Assembly: GCA_016618085.1 (NCBI GenBank)
Contig: JABLTG010000033.1
Location: forward strand, 1-64,000
Length of the DNA: 64,000 nucleotides
Direction: 5' to 3'
From: Neovahlkampfia damariscottae
Lineage: Eukaryota
Below the pieces are notes generated by a model. The model was not told the origin of the DNA, ran no database searches, and worked only from the letters and a program-made list of their open reading frames with translations. Position numbers and translations under genes: made by a program. Shown piece after piece: positions 22,660 to 38,103 of the stretch; positions within the stretch are counted from its first letter, which is position 1, and every line of letters starts with the position of its first letter.

Positions 22660-24260
22660 TTAAACTTTTACTGATCCAATTAACATAATTTTATCTCCTG
22701 TTTGATTTATTGGATTTGTTGATTTTCCAATAACAATAGCTGTTTCTTCTGCTCTATATTCTTTAATAACATTTCCAAAAACTGATTTGACTTGTGCTAA
22801 TAAATCACCTTTTTTTAATCTTTAAAAAAGTTAATAACAATAAAAAAAACAAACTGTTGGTTTAAATTTGGAAGTACATTTAAAATACCACCAACATCTG
22901 AATGAAGCCATTTGTAATCTTGACAGATGACAGGTGTAACTGATGGAATTGAATCTTCTTCTAAAGGTAACATTTTCAAATAATTCTATTTCAAAAATGT
23001 CATTACTTTTTTGTTTTTTTTTACCATTGTTTTCCAAGTTGAGTCAATAAAAACTTTTTCTAATCTTTCAATAGTTTTTGTTGAATCACCAAATGAAACA
23101 TAAATACCTTTGATACCTATTTTCATAGCTGCTTCAACAAGACTTCCTTTTGAAATAGATGTATTATCTGGTAATATTATATCAGCATTTTGTAATAACG
23201 CCATATCTGAACAGGTTTTATCTTGCATGTGAGCTCTAACATGATAAGAAATAACTCTTGCATATTCTAATGTATGTAAATCAATCAAGTATTCTAATTG
23301 TGAAACCACATGATGGAAAAAGTTATGTGCATAAATTTCAGATTCACAACCGTCTAATTTTCCTGGAAATAATTGATTCAAATCTGCACCATCAACAAAT
23401 AATTTTTGACAGCTTTTATATCCTATTGGATTTGCAAGACTGAAAAGTTAGAAATTTAGTTCGAAAAATTACATTCCAACTAATGAACCTGACAAATCAT
23501 TAATTTCAAGTTTTGAAAATATTTTATGGAAAATTGTTATTCCTTTTGTTTCATCACCATGAACAGAACAAGTGAGTCCTAAAACAGGACCTGTAAAAAA
23601 ATTAAGAAAAATGAAAAAAAAAATCATACCTGTTTTGAGACCTTTTGCGACAATAACAGGAACTGAAACCATTTCTCCTGTTGTTGATGTAATAATAGGA
23701 ACCCATATATGATGAATTCTTCCTTTTTCCAAATTTTCAATGTTAAAGTTTTTCACAATGATTGGTTTTTCAGTTCTAGAGATATTTCTTTTGGCAAATT
23801 CATCAGTTTTTGTATTAATTTTTGATTCTATCACTTCAATATTTTGTGATGAATAAATTTGATATTTTTTAATTTGTGGCATAATCTTTTGATAAAAATG
23901 AAAACCTGTTAATTCTCTATCATATTTTTTAATAGTCTTTGTAATAATTGAAACATTTTTGTATGAAAAATCTTTGAGGTTTTCTAAACGTTTACTAATT
24001 TCATGAAGCAAGTGGTTTTTATTTTTTTGATTTGATCTTGGTGAAATAACACTTTCTGAATCTTCAACTGTTTCATATAACTTTTCTACAAGCAGAAAAA
24101 TTTCTTTTTCTTTTGTCATATAAATTTCATTCAATAAAGTTACTTCTTTGGATAGTTGTTCTTGAAAAGTTTCGAAAATATCTTTTGAGTTTTCTGCTAT
24201 TATTTTTACTTTACATTCTGTCAATAAGTTTTCAAAATGTTCTTGATTGAAGTGGGACAT
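22660..24260 (-). CDS. SPX-like domain fused to a succinylglutamate desuccinylase/aspartoacylase (M14) domain, 4 introns
   Basis: L..F...N.....K..KKYDR (SPX); GPVLGLTCSVHGDE, DLNQLFPG, IDLHT, and C-terminal VIG.ST.P....GD. Confidence 0.75.
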
Positions 24261-24354
24261 CGTTTGTGCGTTTTTCGGTTTGTTTCAAACTTCCACCCAA
24301 AGAAACGAATTTATTGGTTGAAAAAAATCGGTTGGAAATTGGAATAAAAAAAAT

Positions 24355-24722
24355 TTAATTTTTTTTTCCATAGAATACACTTATTGATCTTTCTACACCG
24401 TTTTTCAAAGCTTTTTCTTTTGCTTCGATTTTGGCTTGATTTAAATTTTCATTTTTCGCAACTCCAACACCGATTTCTGAATAAAAAATAAATCAAATAA
24501 AAAAAAAAGAACCTTCATGATAGTTACCATTCATTGTATGTGTTAAAATAACTCTAATAGAAGTACAAACTTCATACTCTTTATTTTCCAATAAGTCCTG
24601 GAATTCAATAATTGAATTTGATAGATTCAATTTCAAGCTGAGTTTTCCTAAATTCCTAAAAAAAAAAAAGATTAATTGATAAAATATTACGTTAAAATTT
24701 TCTCCACTTCTCCACTGGCCAT
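24355..24722 (-). CDS. Small Rad52/Rad22-like protein (~98 aa, 2 introns); not resolved by the ORF track
   Basis: Spliced product ...SIRVILTHTMNGNYHEEIGVGVAKN...AKIEAKEKALKNGVERSISVF resembles Rad52 VRV.LKDG.YHED.GYG...A.EKAKKEA.TD.LKRA...FG. Confidence 0.6.
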
Positions 24723-24791
24723 ATGAAAAGTTAGGCACTTTTGTTTGATTGGTCAGTTTTCTCTTTTTGTTTTTCTCTTATTTTTGAATTC

Positions 24792-26626
24792 ATGACCTCA
24801 ACTTTGAAAGTAAGTACAATAGGAGGTTTTCTTTCCGAAAAAACACCACTACTACATCAATTAGTCAACGGTGAAATACCAAAAAAAGACGAAAAATTCA
24901 AGCAAAGTACAAAGACGATAAAACAACCAGATCATGTTTATGAAATCACTTTTATGGAGCCACTAAGTATTTGAAGCATTCTTTTTTAATAGTTTTCTAT
25001 CTTTAGGTTTTCACGATAAAGACCAAAAATTTTCTGCGCTGGAAACGACAAATTTGCTACTTTATGTTTTCAATGTATATTATGATAATGTCAGTGACAT
25101 TGCAGAAAACGTAATTCAATTTTTAAATTCACCTTTTCATTTTTAGATACTGGATTTAAGGTAAAACTTTTTTCTTTTATAACAAAAAAAAGAAACAAAC
25201 TTTATGATGTTCCAATCATCTTAGTAGCAACAGGAATAGAAAGAAGAGTTTCAAAAGGTAAAACAAAATAAAAAACTCATCAAAAAACCAAGAAACTCAC
25301 ACCAATTTTAATTCTTCTTTTATAACCTACGAAAAAGCTTTAGAAGTTGCTAAAAAGTTATCAGTTCAAGGATATTTCGAAATAGATACAAAAAATAAAA
25401 AAGGCTTCTCTGATTTGTTTTCTAAATCAATTGATATTACAATGAAGCATGGAGAACTTAAAAAAAGCATGATACGTAAAAGTGGAATTTTCAAAAAACA
25501 CGCCAAAGGATACATCATTAATGAATTAGATTTTTTAACAGGACCTGAAATATACCCAGAAGAAGAGATTAAAGCAGTTGTTGATGATTGTTTATTGTTA
25601 AATCATCCATTACTTCAATATATAAAAGAATTATCAAATAAATTGGATCAAGAGATTGTAGAGAGGAAAACATTACAATATTTAGTTTTTGAATTACAAC
25701 AAAAAGTTGATATACAACAAGAAACTATTGAACAATTAAAAAGTGGTCAAGGATCACCAAATTCTTCAGGTTCTAATATTGCAGCTGAAAAAACAGTTAT
25801 ATCACCAAAATATCAAAATACTAAATTCAAAATGAATGAAATCAATTTCAAAAGAGCAAGTGCTAAAAATAAACAATCTCCACATTCACCAAGATCTCAT
25901 GATAATGGAAACGAAAATGGTGAAGAATTTGGAATGAAAATGAAAATTCTTCCAAGAAGTTTTTCCGATGATAAAAAAAGAACATCTGAAAGAGCAATGA
26001 AATTACCAATTAGTTTTAAAAATCATTCAACTGGATCAATGATGATGACAAGTGATAGTGGACCGGAACCTGAAAGAAGAAAAACATTAACAGAACAAGA
26101 TTTAGTTGATATTGGTAAAAAAGTTGATATGGTTGCAACAAAAAGACAACAACCAGGACATAAAAGAAGAACAAGTATCACTTTAGGACAACAACCAAAT
26201 CCTGTACCAAGTGGTACTTTTAAAGTTAAAAAAAATATCAAATTGGAAGATTTCATTCATCAAAAAGAAGAAGAACAGCAGAAACAAGTTAATAAGAAAA
26301 ATGAACAAACTAATCAATCATCTCCATCTCCAACTCAAAAATTTGCACACTCAAGAAAAAGATCTTGGAGTTTAACAACAGCACAAGAAATTGAATTATT
26401 ACAAAAAATTGATTGTACTCAAGAAGATTTTGAAGAGGAAATAGTTGAAGAATTTGGTTGTAAATTTGTAAATGTTGAATTTATTATCAGAAATGAAATA
26501 TCTTCACCAAGGTCAAAAAATAAAATTAAAGTAGTTTTAACACCTTCAACAAGTAGAAATATTCCTATATTAAGGGATCAATTGAAGCCATCTCAATTGA
26601 TGGCAAAAATTAAAAGAAAAAAATAA
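24792..26626 (+). CDS. Degenerate Rho/Ras-like GTPase domain plus coiled-coil and low-complexity tail
   Basis: KVSTIGGFLSEKT (degenerate P-loop), VPIILVAT, ITYEKALEVAKKL...YFE; several short introns. Confidence 0.6.
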
Positions 26627-26831
26627 ACTTTTTGTAAATTATTTTAATTGGTTTATTTTGTTTTGAAGGTTGAAGATGAAAACAGAAAAGGTGAACAAAA
26701 ATATATGTGGATCAAAACTTCTTTACAACTTCTTCAAGGTGATGCTGAATTTTTTATTTGGAACACTCAAACTGTTAGTGTATTACTTGTGTTTTCCAGT
26801 TGGAAAATTTTTTGTCTGGCTGAATCTATCA

Positions 26832-27964
26832 ATGGACTTTGTTGACAAAGATGGAAATTTAAATCAGTTCGTTAGTGAAATAGAGACAGATTATTGTGTA
26901 AAAAGTGCTGCTAGAATTATAAATCAACGCCCACGAGATAAAAGAAGGCCTTTTAGATGGCCAATGAAATCAAACCTTCCATTTGTTGTCCATGTAATTT
27001 AACTTTTCAATTAACTGATTGTTACTATTAGTTTAAAAAAAAAGGTTTTCTTCGAGAAATCACTCTTTTTTTGGAAACAAATGAAATCAAAACGGCTAGA
27101 TGTATAATATCAGCAATGAATTGGAAAACAGGACAATATGAAGTAATAAGTGATGAACCAATTGATCAACCAAATACTGAGAGTCTTACATTGAACTACT
27201 CAGTATCAGACGAACATCAACTTATTTGGACTTCACAACTTCGGATTGTATTTGCATGTGAAAAATATGTGAATGAAAAGATGTGCATTTCAGGAATTTG
27301 TCTGAAAACATCAATGGATTATCCAATCAATCATGAAATTAAAATCAATCGAATCTTCTTGAAAGATCATCTATTTTCAGATTTTACAATCATTATAAAA
27401 TCAAATCAAAAAAAATATTGTTTTCCAACACATAAATTATTGTTATGTGAACATAGTTCATATTTCAAAGATGCTTTATTATCGTCTCCAAATTTGAAAG
27501 AATTTGAATTGACAGCTGATGTCAAATATTTCAATTTAATTTATGAATATCTTTACACAAAAAATATTCAATTCCAAAAAGAAAATACATATGATATTAT
27601 GATTATCACAAGAAAATATAAGTTTGATGCCTTGTATCAACAGTTATTTGATCAGTTTTTAATTGACATTTCAATGGATGAATTCTTTGAATTATTGGTC
27701 AAATATGAATCTCTTGATTTTGAATTTTTTATCAGATCTTCTTTGACCTATATTGTACAAAATGAAAAGTTCACAAAAGTTGCAAAGAAATTTTTGGATT
27801 ATTTAATCGTGAACATTAATGATTGGAAGCCAATTGACAAAGATTCAAAAGAGAAATATTTGTCCTTGTTAGATAAATTTGTGAAGTCACAACAAGAAAA
27901 AGAGTTGTTTCAATTGTTTGATAAATTATCAAAGAGAATAAACGAAAAAGTAACTTCTTCCTGA
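26832..27964 (+). CDS. BTB/POZ-domain protein (start uncertain, may be 26676)
   Basis: FSDFTII...FPTHKLLLCEHSSYFK...F..IYEYLYT. Confidence 0.8.
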
Positions 27965-28007
27965 GCACCAATCAAATCATTTGTTATTTTTAGTTAAATT
28001 TGACTCC

Positions 28008-28604
28008 ATGCCACCATTTATCGTTGAAGAAGAATTACATGAAAAAAACCCATTTCCATTTGAATTGAGACAAAACTGGAATGAATATGTTGATGAGTTA
28101 TATGAACTTGATCGAACACTTTTTGAAGAAAATGCGTGGGCAAAAGAAGAAATAATTTCTTGTTCAAAATCAGAAACAAATCAATATTATTTTACAGTCA
28201 ATCCTATACCACTTAAAAATTCAAAATATCCAAAAATTATTTCGTACGCTGGTTATGAAGTGCATAGTTGTCTTGATACTTTTTGTGAAATTTCTGTTCT
28301 AGGAGTTTCACCAGAAATGCAAGGGAAAAAAATTGGAGAATGGACTTTATTAAGTTTACTGCTTGATGCTTATAATAGAGGTGTGAAAATGGCTCAATTG
28401 CATGTTAAAGAAGACAACACCATTGCATTGAATTTGTACATTAAAACAGGCTTTAAAGTCTTGGCATTGAAAAATAATTACTATCAAAACGATAAAGAAG
28501 AACATTGCAGTAATGCCTACATCATGGAATTGAGATTGAATTATTTGAATCTTTTTAAAGCTTATGAGTTGTCTATGAAAAAAATAACACATATACTTGA
28601 ATAA
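28008..28604 (+). CDS. RimI-like GNAT N-acetyltransferase
   Basis: LGVSPEMQGKKIG, LHVKEDN..ALNLY.K.GF, NYY...AYIM. Confidence 0.88.
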   Translation: MPPFIVEEELHEKNPFPFELRQNWNEYVDELYELDRTLFEENAWAKEEIISCSKSETNQYYFTVNPIPLKNSKYPKIISYAGYEVHSCLDTFCEISVLGVSPEMQGKKIGEWTLLSLLLDAYNRGVKMAQLHVKEDNTIALNLYIKTGFKVLALKNNYYQNDKEEHCSNAYIMELRLNYLNLFKAYELSMKKITHILE

Positions 28605-28772
28605 AATTATAGTATTGGAACAAGAAAGTTCAGGACTCAAAGATAAAATAACATTCACGCCTAAGTCACCAATACTTTAGTTTCCTTAGATACTTCCCTT
28701 CTTGTCTGAGTGGTTCAACGACAATCAACATTTAGATTTAGTTATCTAGTTACCACAGTTTTTAAAAAAAAT

Positions 28773-29294
28773 TTATTCAACAATATCAAGTAACTCAACA
28801 TCGAAAACTAAAGTAGCTCCACCTGGAATATCACTACCAGCACCATAACTTCCATAACCATAATCTGATGAAATCACTAAAATGCTTCTTTCTCCTTTCT
28901 TTTAAAAAATTTGTAAAAAACTAAAAACTGAACTTACAGTGAATGTTAAAAGACCTTCATCCCATCCTCTGATCACTTCATTTTCTCCGACAGTGAATTC
29001 AAAAACATCTCTTCCTCTTGATGAATCAAAAACAGCTCCGTTCAACAAAGAACCTGTATAATGGACAACAACAGTATCACCTTTTTTTGGTTTTGTACCA
29101 TTTCCTTCTTTGAGAATTTCTTTGACAAAACCAGATTTTTGTGACTCACGTGATTGTTTGCATAGTTTTTTGTGGTTTGGCCAATTTGTTTTTTGATGTT
29201 CTTTCATGCAATAAGACACTTGTTTACAAGCTGAGCATACTTGCATATCATTTTTTTTTACTTCACATTCGTTACAAATGTTTGAGACGGACAT
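28773..29294 (-). CDS. MYND zinc finger plus FKBP-type PPIase (1 intron)
   Basis: [48 protein letters not shown]...[14 protein letters not shown]. Confidence 0.9.
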
Positions 29295-29494
29295 TGAAAA
29301 TTTAAACCAATGATTTTATCTTTTTTTTTATTGGTGCATTGGAAGAAATGAAAGATTGAATAATGAACAATAGATCAAATGGATCGAAAGAAATTATCAT
29401 AAATTGTCAAGAAACTTACCTGTAGATATTAACTTTCGATTTCGATGACAAATAAAACATGTATTTTATCCTTTACATTCATCCAATCAGATTC

Positions 29495-30913
29495 ATGCCA
29501 AAAAAATCAAGACAAATTTACTTTCCAGTAAGAGAGTGGAAAAATTAATATTTCAAGGAAAGTAGTACTTTTGATTATCATGGAAGTAGTAAATGTTCTC
29601 TGATACTCTTTGATGTAGACGATGATGAAGTTTGAATAAAAAAATAATTTAACAACTTCAACAGTGTACTGAATTAATAGCCGGAAATATGAAAGGATAT
29701 CTTTCAATATATAAATTTAAAGATAAAAAACCTGCATATTTTGCAGAGAATCTTGGCACAGTAAAAAAATTGAATCTTAATTTTTTCATAAAGATTACTG
29801 CATTAGCAGCAGAAAAAATAGACTTAGGAATTGTATATATTTTTTTTTTTTTATTTTTTAAATAGACTATACTGGTTGTTATCACCGCAGAAGGTCTTTG
29901 TCACATTTTTTGTGTCACTGAAGAATCCAAAAATGAAATTGTTCCTTGTCAAGTTTTAAAAGTACCTTGTAATGTAACATCTATTTTATTCAAATCAAAT
30001 GAAATTGTTCTTGGATCTACTGATAGAAACATCTATATTTATGAATTTGTTTGCTCAAAAATTGAAAATAAATTATCAATGAAAATGGTGTTAAAAAAAA
30101 AATTTTTTTGTGATAAACAAGTGTAAGCAGCTGTCATTAATTTCACTTTTTGGTATAGATATTCACTGTCATATCATGAAGAAGAAGGAGAATCAATGAT
30201 TTTAGCAGGTTTTGCAATTGGAGGTTTTGCACTAGTTTCAAAAGATAATCTTCAAATATTCAAATCACAATCAGAAATTCAATTTGGAATATCATCACTT
30301 CCTGAATATGTCAATGGAAACTTGAACTTTGTTCAAGATAAATCATTTATGATATCTGCAAATACGGAAGGAATGATTGCAGTTCATTCTGTGTTGAATC
30401 ATGACAATCGAAATATTTGGTCAATAGATTTAGAACAGGAAATAGTGGGAGTTTCAAAAGAAAAGTTTACAAAAAATGGTAAAAATGATGAAATTTGTGT
30501 TTGTACTTGGGATGGAATGACATTCATTATTGACTCTGATAAAAATATTGTCAAATTCAATTTCAAAGATCGTGTTTGTACTTTCTTAACAGGTTCAATA
30601 CTGAATTTAAATTAATCTTTCAGGGTATTATTCAATTTCAAAAGAAGAAAAAGTACTTTCTATTTTTTAGTAATTCCAACTTTTATCTTATTATTTAAGT
30701 GTTCCATTTGGTGATACAATAACAATGTTTTATAATGTTACATTCAATTCAATCCCTTATTATTCATTGATCGAATTAGTCGACAAAAAAGCATCCAAAG
30801 AATTAAAAGAAAAATTAGACGAGAAATTCAAAGGAAATAATGAAGAAAAAGCAAAATATTTTTATAAATTATTGTATAAAACATCACAAATTGATGAGCT
30901 GAAAATAGAATAA
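29495..30913 (+). CDS. ITFG2: KICSTOR subunit ITFG2-like protein (many introns)
   Basis: Spliced DVDDDE.TELIAGN.KG.LSIYK, LVVITAEG.CH.F, DEICVCTWDGMTFIID...V.F.F.DRV..F..G.Y. Confidence 0.8.
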
Positions 30914-30936
30914 AAAATTTATTTCACTCAATTTTG

Positions 30937-31740
<804 letters not shown>

Positions 31741-31893
31741 CAAGTTGAGGTTACTTTTGGAGAACCAATCAAAAAAGACTCAAAGTTAAATTTCTTTTAA
31801 ATTTTGAAAAAAATTATTTCAATAATTTATTTAAATGAACGTATTCTCATAAAAATTGACTCAAAAAAAAAAATCAACCAATCACTTTTTTCA

Positions 31894-33736
<1,843 letters not shown>

Positions 33737-34085
33737 TTTTAGTTTTAACCCTCCCAATAGGTTGTATTAAAAAAATAAAAAAAAAAGTAAAAATTGAAAA
33801 ATGTCAAAAAAAACTTAAAATAAAAATTTTTTTCTTTTTGTCGATAGAATTCCTTCCAATTTGAATCTTCAAAAAAAGGAAACATACTGTAAATTTCATT
33901 AGAAAATGTACTTTAAAAGAAGCAGTGGTACTGGAGGAAGAAAAGACCAAATTTTTGTTTCTTAATAGGGAGAATCATTTTGAATGAATTGTACTTTTTG
34001 TTGTGAAACAAAGGGTTTCAATACAAATTTTGGAAGAAAAATAGACCAATCATCTGAGGTTTTCAGTTTTCACACTAAATTTTAA

Positions 34086-35371
34086 ATGTCAAGACAACTT
34101 GGTCATATGGAGCATCAATTTTATCGTTTAATTGGAAAAAATGGATATAATATCGTTCAGATTGCAACGGTCCAAGGGAAATTGATCTCAAAAAACCTTG
34201 TGGCTGCACTTGTTTTGTTACAAAAAAAATATATAATTTTACAGTCAGGTGTCCAAATGATTAACTCAATTCCACACTTTGAAATAATACCAAATCATCA
34301 AAAAATACTACTTGAATCACATTTTAAGCAAGAAGACAAAAAATTGAAGACAGGAAAGGAGATATTTTATGATGAATTGAAAAATGGTTACAAACGGTTT
34401 TTGAAGTCACCTGAAGGCTTTGAAACAAGTATATTATGGAACTTGGTGGTGTTGAGTAATGAAAAAATGGATTCATTTGACATTATTCTTTCTTTTTCTC
34501 ATATGATTCTTGATGGAAAATCAATTTGTGTGATTATGAGCGAATTATTGAAAAACTTGGATGCAATAAACAATGAAAAGGATGTAAGTATGGCTAATAT
34601 TGTAGAAATTACACCTGCAATTGATGAATTATTTGTAAAATTTGAACCGAAGACTGATGATTCTGAAATTAAAAAATATGGTGAAATTTTTCTGGATGCT
34701 GAGGCTGTTAAAAAACCTTTTCAACAAAATGTTATTTTAAAAGAATATTCAGCTGAGAAATTAATCAAATTATGCAAAGAACATAGAGTTTCAGTCAATT
34801 CAATACTCTATGCTGCTTTCCTATTAAGTAACTTTATATTTTTTAAAACTATGAAGGTTTTGTTGAATCATGTGGTAACTTGAACAATGGTGAGTGGATT
34901 TATCTGGGAATACCATATTGTCTTCGTAATAAATCAAATTTGGCTCAAAATGTAGTTGGAAGCTTGGCAACTCAGTTCGATGTTGATATTCAATGGAAAG
35001 ATTCTTATCAAGATTTATTATCTGAAGACATTTGGAAAATAGCCATTGAAATCAATCAAAAAGTAACCAAGAATGTTGAAAATAATAATTGCTTGGCAAG
35101 AGTACATCCACATTCATTGAAAACGAATCCTCGATTGTTGTTATCAAATATGGGACGATCTGATGATTTATTTGCAAGTATGGAAAAATTAAAGGTCTCC
35201 GGATTGTACACTACAATCAGTATGATTTTTGGTGAACCAGTTTGTGCTTGTCATTTGACAACATTGAACAATCAAATTTATTTTGCATTTACTTCAGGAT
35301 ATAATTTGAATTCTAAACTTGGAAACATTGCTTCTGATACAATTGACCTACTGAGAAAATTGTCGATTTGA
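34086..35371 (+). CDS. CoA-dependent acyltransferase (alcohol acetyltransferase/condensation-like), one 29-nt intron
   Basis: N-terminal R.LG..E, HxxxDG motif (SHMILDGKS), LSNMG. Confidence 0.75.
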
Positions 35372-35591
35372 TCAATGGACAACTGGAAGAAAACGACAAA
35401 TTTTATTTTTTCATTTTTTAAGTGTTAAGTTGTTAATAAAACATGTTTAATCAAAAATAGGATATACTTCATATCTTTGAGTGTTCTTTGATTGCTTCTT
35501 TAAAATTGGAATCGGATAAATCTAAAAATAAATTACGGAGTTTATTCACCAATTAAACCATAGATTTTCCTTCCAACACTCTCACAAAAAT

Positions 35592-37097
35592 ATGATCAAC
35601 ATTGTTCTTTTCATAGTATTATTCGCTTTTGGTTTATGGACAATTAACACAATTATACATTTACTCGGTTATACCAGATATCCAGGATCATTCTCATTTC
35701 TTCCGAGATTCTTACCAAAAATACCTATCATAAATCCAGATGGAATGAAAAAGTTTCATGAAACAGACATAGAGCTCAGAAAACAAAATCCAGATTTATC
35801 AAATTATCCATTTTTATCAATGGCAACTCCAACTATGCAACGTTTTGTTGTTTCAGACGCAAATGTTGTGAAAGAATTATTTTTAAATTCAGCAAAAGAA
35901 TTTCCAAAACCACAAGACAGAATGGAAAAAGCGTTTGGTATTTATGGACCAAATATTTTAACAGAAAATGGAGGTAAATTTTTTAACTTTTTTTTCATCT
36001 TGTTAGAATCATGGAGAAAGCACAGATTACTCTGTAATCCTGCATTTAGCAAGAAAAATTTAGAGTTATTGACAACTGTTTCACATTTTGCTACAACAAA
36101 AGAAATGGAATCATGGAAAGAAAATGAATCAATTGATGTAAATGAAGCAATGAACAATATCACTTTAGAAATTATTTTGAAGGCTGGATTCGGTTATAAC
36201 TTAGACAACAAGATCAAAATTGGAGAATATACTTTTAAAGAAAATGTGAAAATGATCATTGACTCACTCATCTATATTTTTCTTGCTCCTGGTTTTGTGA
36301 GAAGTTTTCTCTCAATGTTACCATTCAAAACAAAAGAAACAAAAGTAAATAATGTTATCAAAGATTTTGAAGCATATGTTGACGAAATTATAAAAAAACA
36401 TGAAAATTCAAATGACCTGACACTTAATTATGATTTACTTTCATTATTATTGACCTCAAAAGACGAAGAGCAGGTATTAACTCAAAAAGAAGTTAAAGCT
36501 GATTCTTTCATTTTTTTATTAGCTGGACATGATACTACATCATCTCAATTGTCTTGGAGTTTATTTGAATTGGCAAAACGCCCAGAAATGCAAGAAAAAA
36601 TATTCAATGAAGTAAAATCGATTGACTCAACAAAAGAACCAACTTTAGAAGATTATGAAAGTCTTGAATACACTTCATGGATTGTAAATGAATCATTACG
36701 ATTACATCCACCAATTCAAGGAGTTATTAAAACAAATTCCAAAAAAAGAACATTTCATGGTGAAAAATATGATTTGACAGTTCCTGCAAATGAAACTTTT
36801 TTGATTAATATTCTAAGTTTACATACAGATGAACGTTATTGGGATGAACCAATGGAATTCAACCCTGAAAGATGGAGTAAACCAATAAAGAACAAATGTG
36901 CTTATCTCCCATTTTCAATGGGTTCCCGGAAATGTATTGGGTCAACTTTCAGTTTGATTGAATCAAATATCATTCTTGCAACTATTGTAAAAAATTTTAA
37001 AGTTGTGTTGGAAGATGAAAGTTTTGTGCCAAAATCACAATTTGGAATTGTTGCAAAACCTTCAGATTTACAATTAAAATTTCAAAGAAGAAAATAA
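35592..37097 (+). CDS. Cytochrome P450 (contains an in-frame 33-nt intron ~35974-36006)
   Basis: AGHDTT, ESLR, FNPERW, FSMGSRKCIG heme motif. Confidence 0.95.
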   Translation: MINIVLFIVLFAFGLWTINTIIHLLGYTRYPGSFSFLPRFLPKIPIINPDGMKKFHETDIELRKQNPDLSNYPFLSMATPTMQRFVVSDANVVKELFLNSAKEFPKPQDRMEKAFGIYGPNILTENGGKFFNFFFILLESWRKHRLLCNPAFSKKNLELLTTVSHFATTKEMESWKENESIDVNEAMNNITLEIILKAGFGYNLDNKIKIGEYTFKENVKMIIDSLIYIFLAPGFVRSFLSMLPFKTKETKVNNVIKDFEAYVDEIIKKHENSNDLTLNYDLLSLLLTSKDEEQVLTQKEVKADSFIFLLAGHDTTSSQLSWSLFELAKRPEMQEKIFNEVKSIDSTKEPTLEDYESLEYTSWIVNESLRLHPPIQGVIKTNSKKRTFHGEKYDLTVPANETFLINILSLHTDERYWDEPMEFNPERWSKPIKNKCAYLPFSMGSRKCIGSTFSLIESNIILATIVKNFKVVLEDESFVPKSQFGIVAKPSDLQLKFQRRK

Positions 37098-37427
37098 AGT
37101 CAGAAAAATTTCAAGAATAATGGTGTTTTCACAAATAATTTGTTTTACAAATTCATTATAAATTAAAATAAAGGGATGAATATCTCAAGTGTGTTGGATT
37201 TTCCACCAAAGTCGTAAAAAAAATCTTTTCTCTGTAGTAATATTTTACTCATTTTTCATTCAATTTCAAATTCTGGATAAAACAAACATAAATTGAAAAT
37301 GAAAGTGAGTAAAAAATGTTTTAATCAACAACATTCTTGAAATCCGACAAGTGAATTGGTGAATTCTCTTAAAGATTAATATTTGAATAAAAATCTCGTT
37401 TTTTGTAAATTTTTTTTTCAGCCAATC

Positions 37428-38094
37428 ATGCAATTTTTTGCTGACAACTCAAAGTACTTCAAAGACGTTAAAGTTCAAACTTTAGTAGCTTTCACAGTGG
37501 GACTTCTCGTAATTTTTGTTAAAATTTATAGTTTTAGTGCGCAGTTGCTTCACTGGTTTGTTTAGGAGCAGGAATTTATTTTACTTACTCTGCCATTAAC
37601 ATTTCTGTCACAAAAACTCATTTTGTATCCACAATTTGTCATAACCATGGAATAGCAAGAACAGGTAATTCTCAAATAAATAATCAATTCAAAATAAGAA
37701 ATACAACCTGGAATTTGGGGTTATATCCATAGATACTATACTGTTTCATACAATACAGCAGCACAAAAAAATGTAACATCAGTAACATCAGATTACCTAG
37801 TTTACCCAATAGCTCATGACTCATTGACTTGTTTTTTTTTTATTATTTTCTAACAACTAAAAAGGTTATTACAACAAAGACAATGTCAAATTGGTCAGAT
37901 TGGACAATCAAGAAGGATTACTTGAAAGACATGCTATTTATTCAGCTGTACTTTATAGTTTGGTTCTTATTTTTTTGGCTGTTGTTTTGTCAATGATAGT
38001 AATGAGTATTGTTGATAAAATTAAAGAAAAGAAAGAATCAAGTTCCGAAACTGCTTTGGAAACAGAATATACAAAAGTTGTGAATGAAGAATAA
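37428..38094 (+). CDS. Two-TM membrane protein (3 introns)
   Basis: Spliceable exons with N- and C-terminal hydrophobic helices. Confidence 0.6.
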
Positions 38095-38103
38095 AACATT
38101 TCA

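Noticed and set aside
29383..29440. ACTTACCTG (U1 snRNA 5' end-like) inside an atcgaaag/ctttcgat hairpin
   Set aside because: No U1 stem-loops or Sm site follow, and the ITFG2 start lies ~70 nt downstream. It could equally be a minus-strand CAG/GTAAGT or chance.
34828..34883. Apparent frameshifts between overlapping ORFs (also 33461, 57048, 6152)
   Set aside because: Each is explained by a short canonical GT-AG intron.
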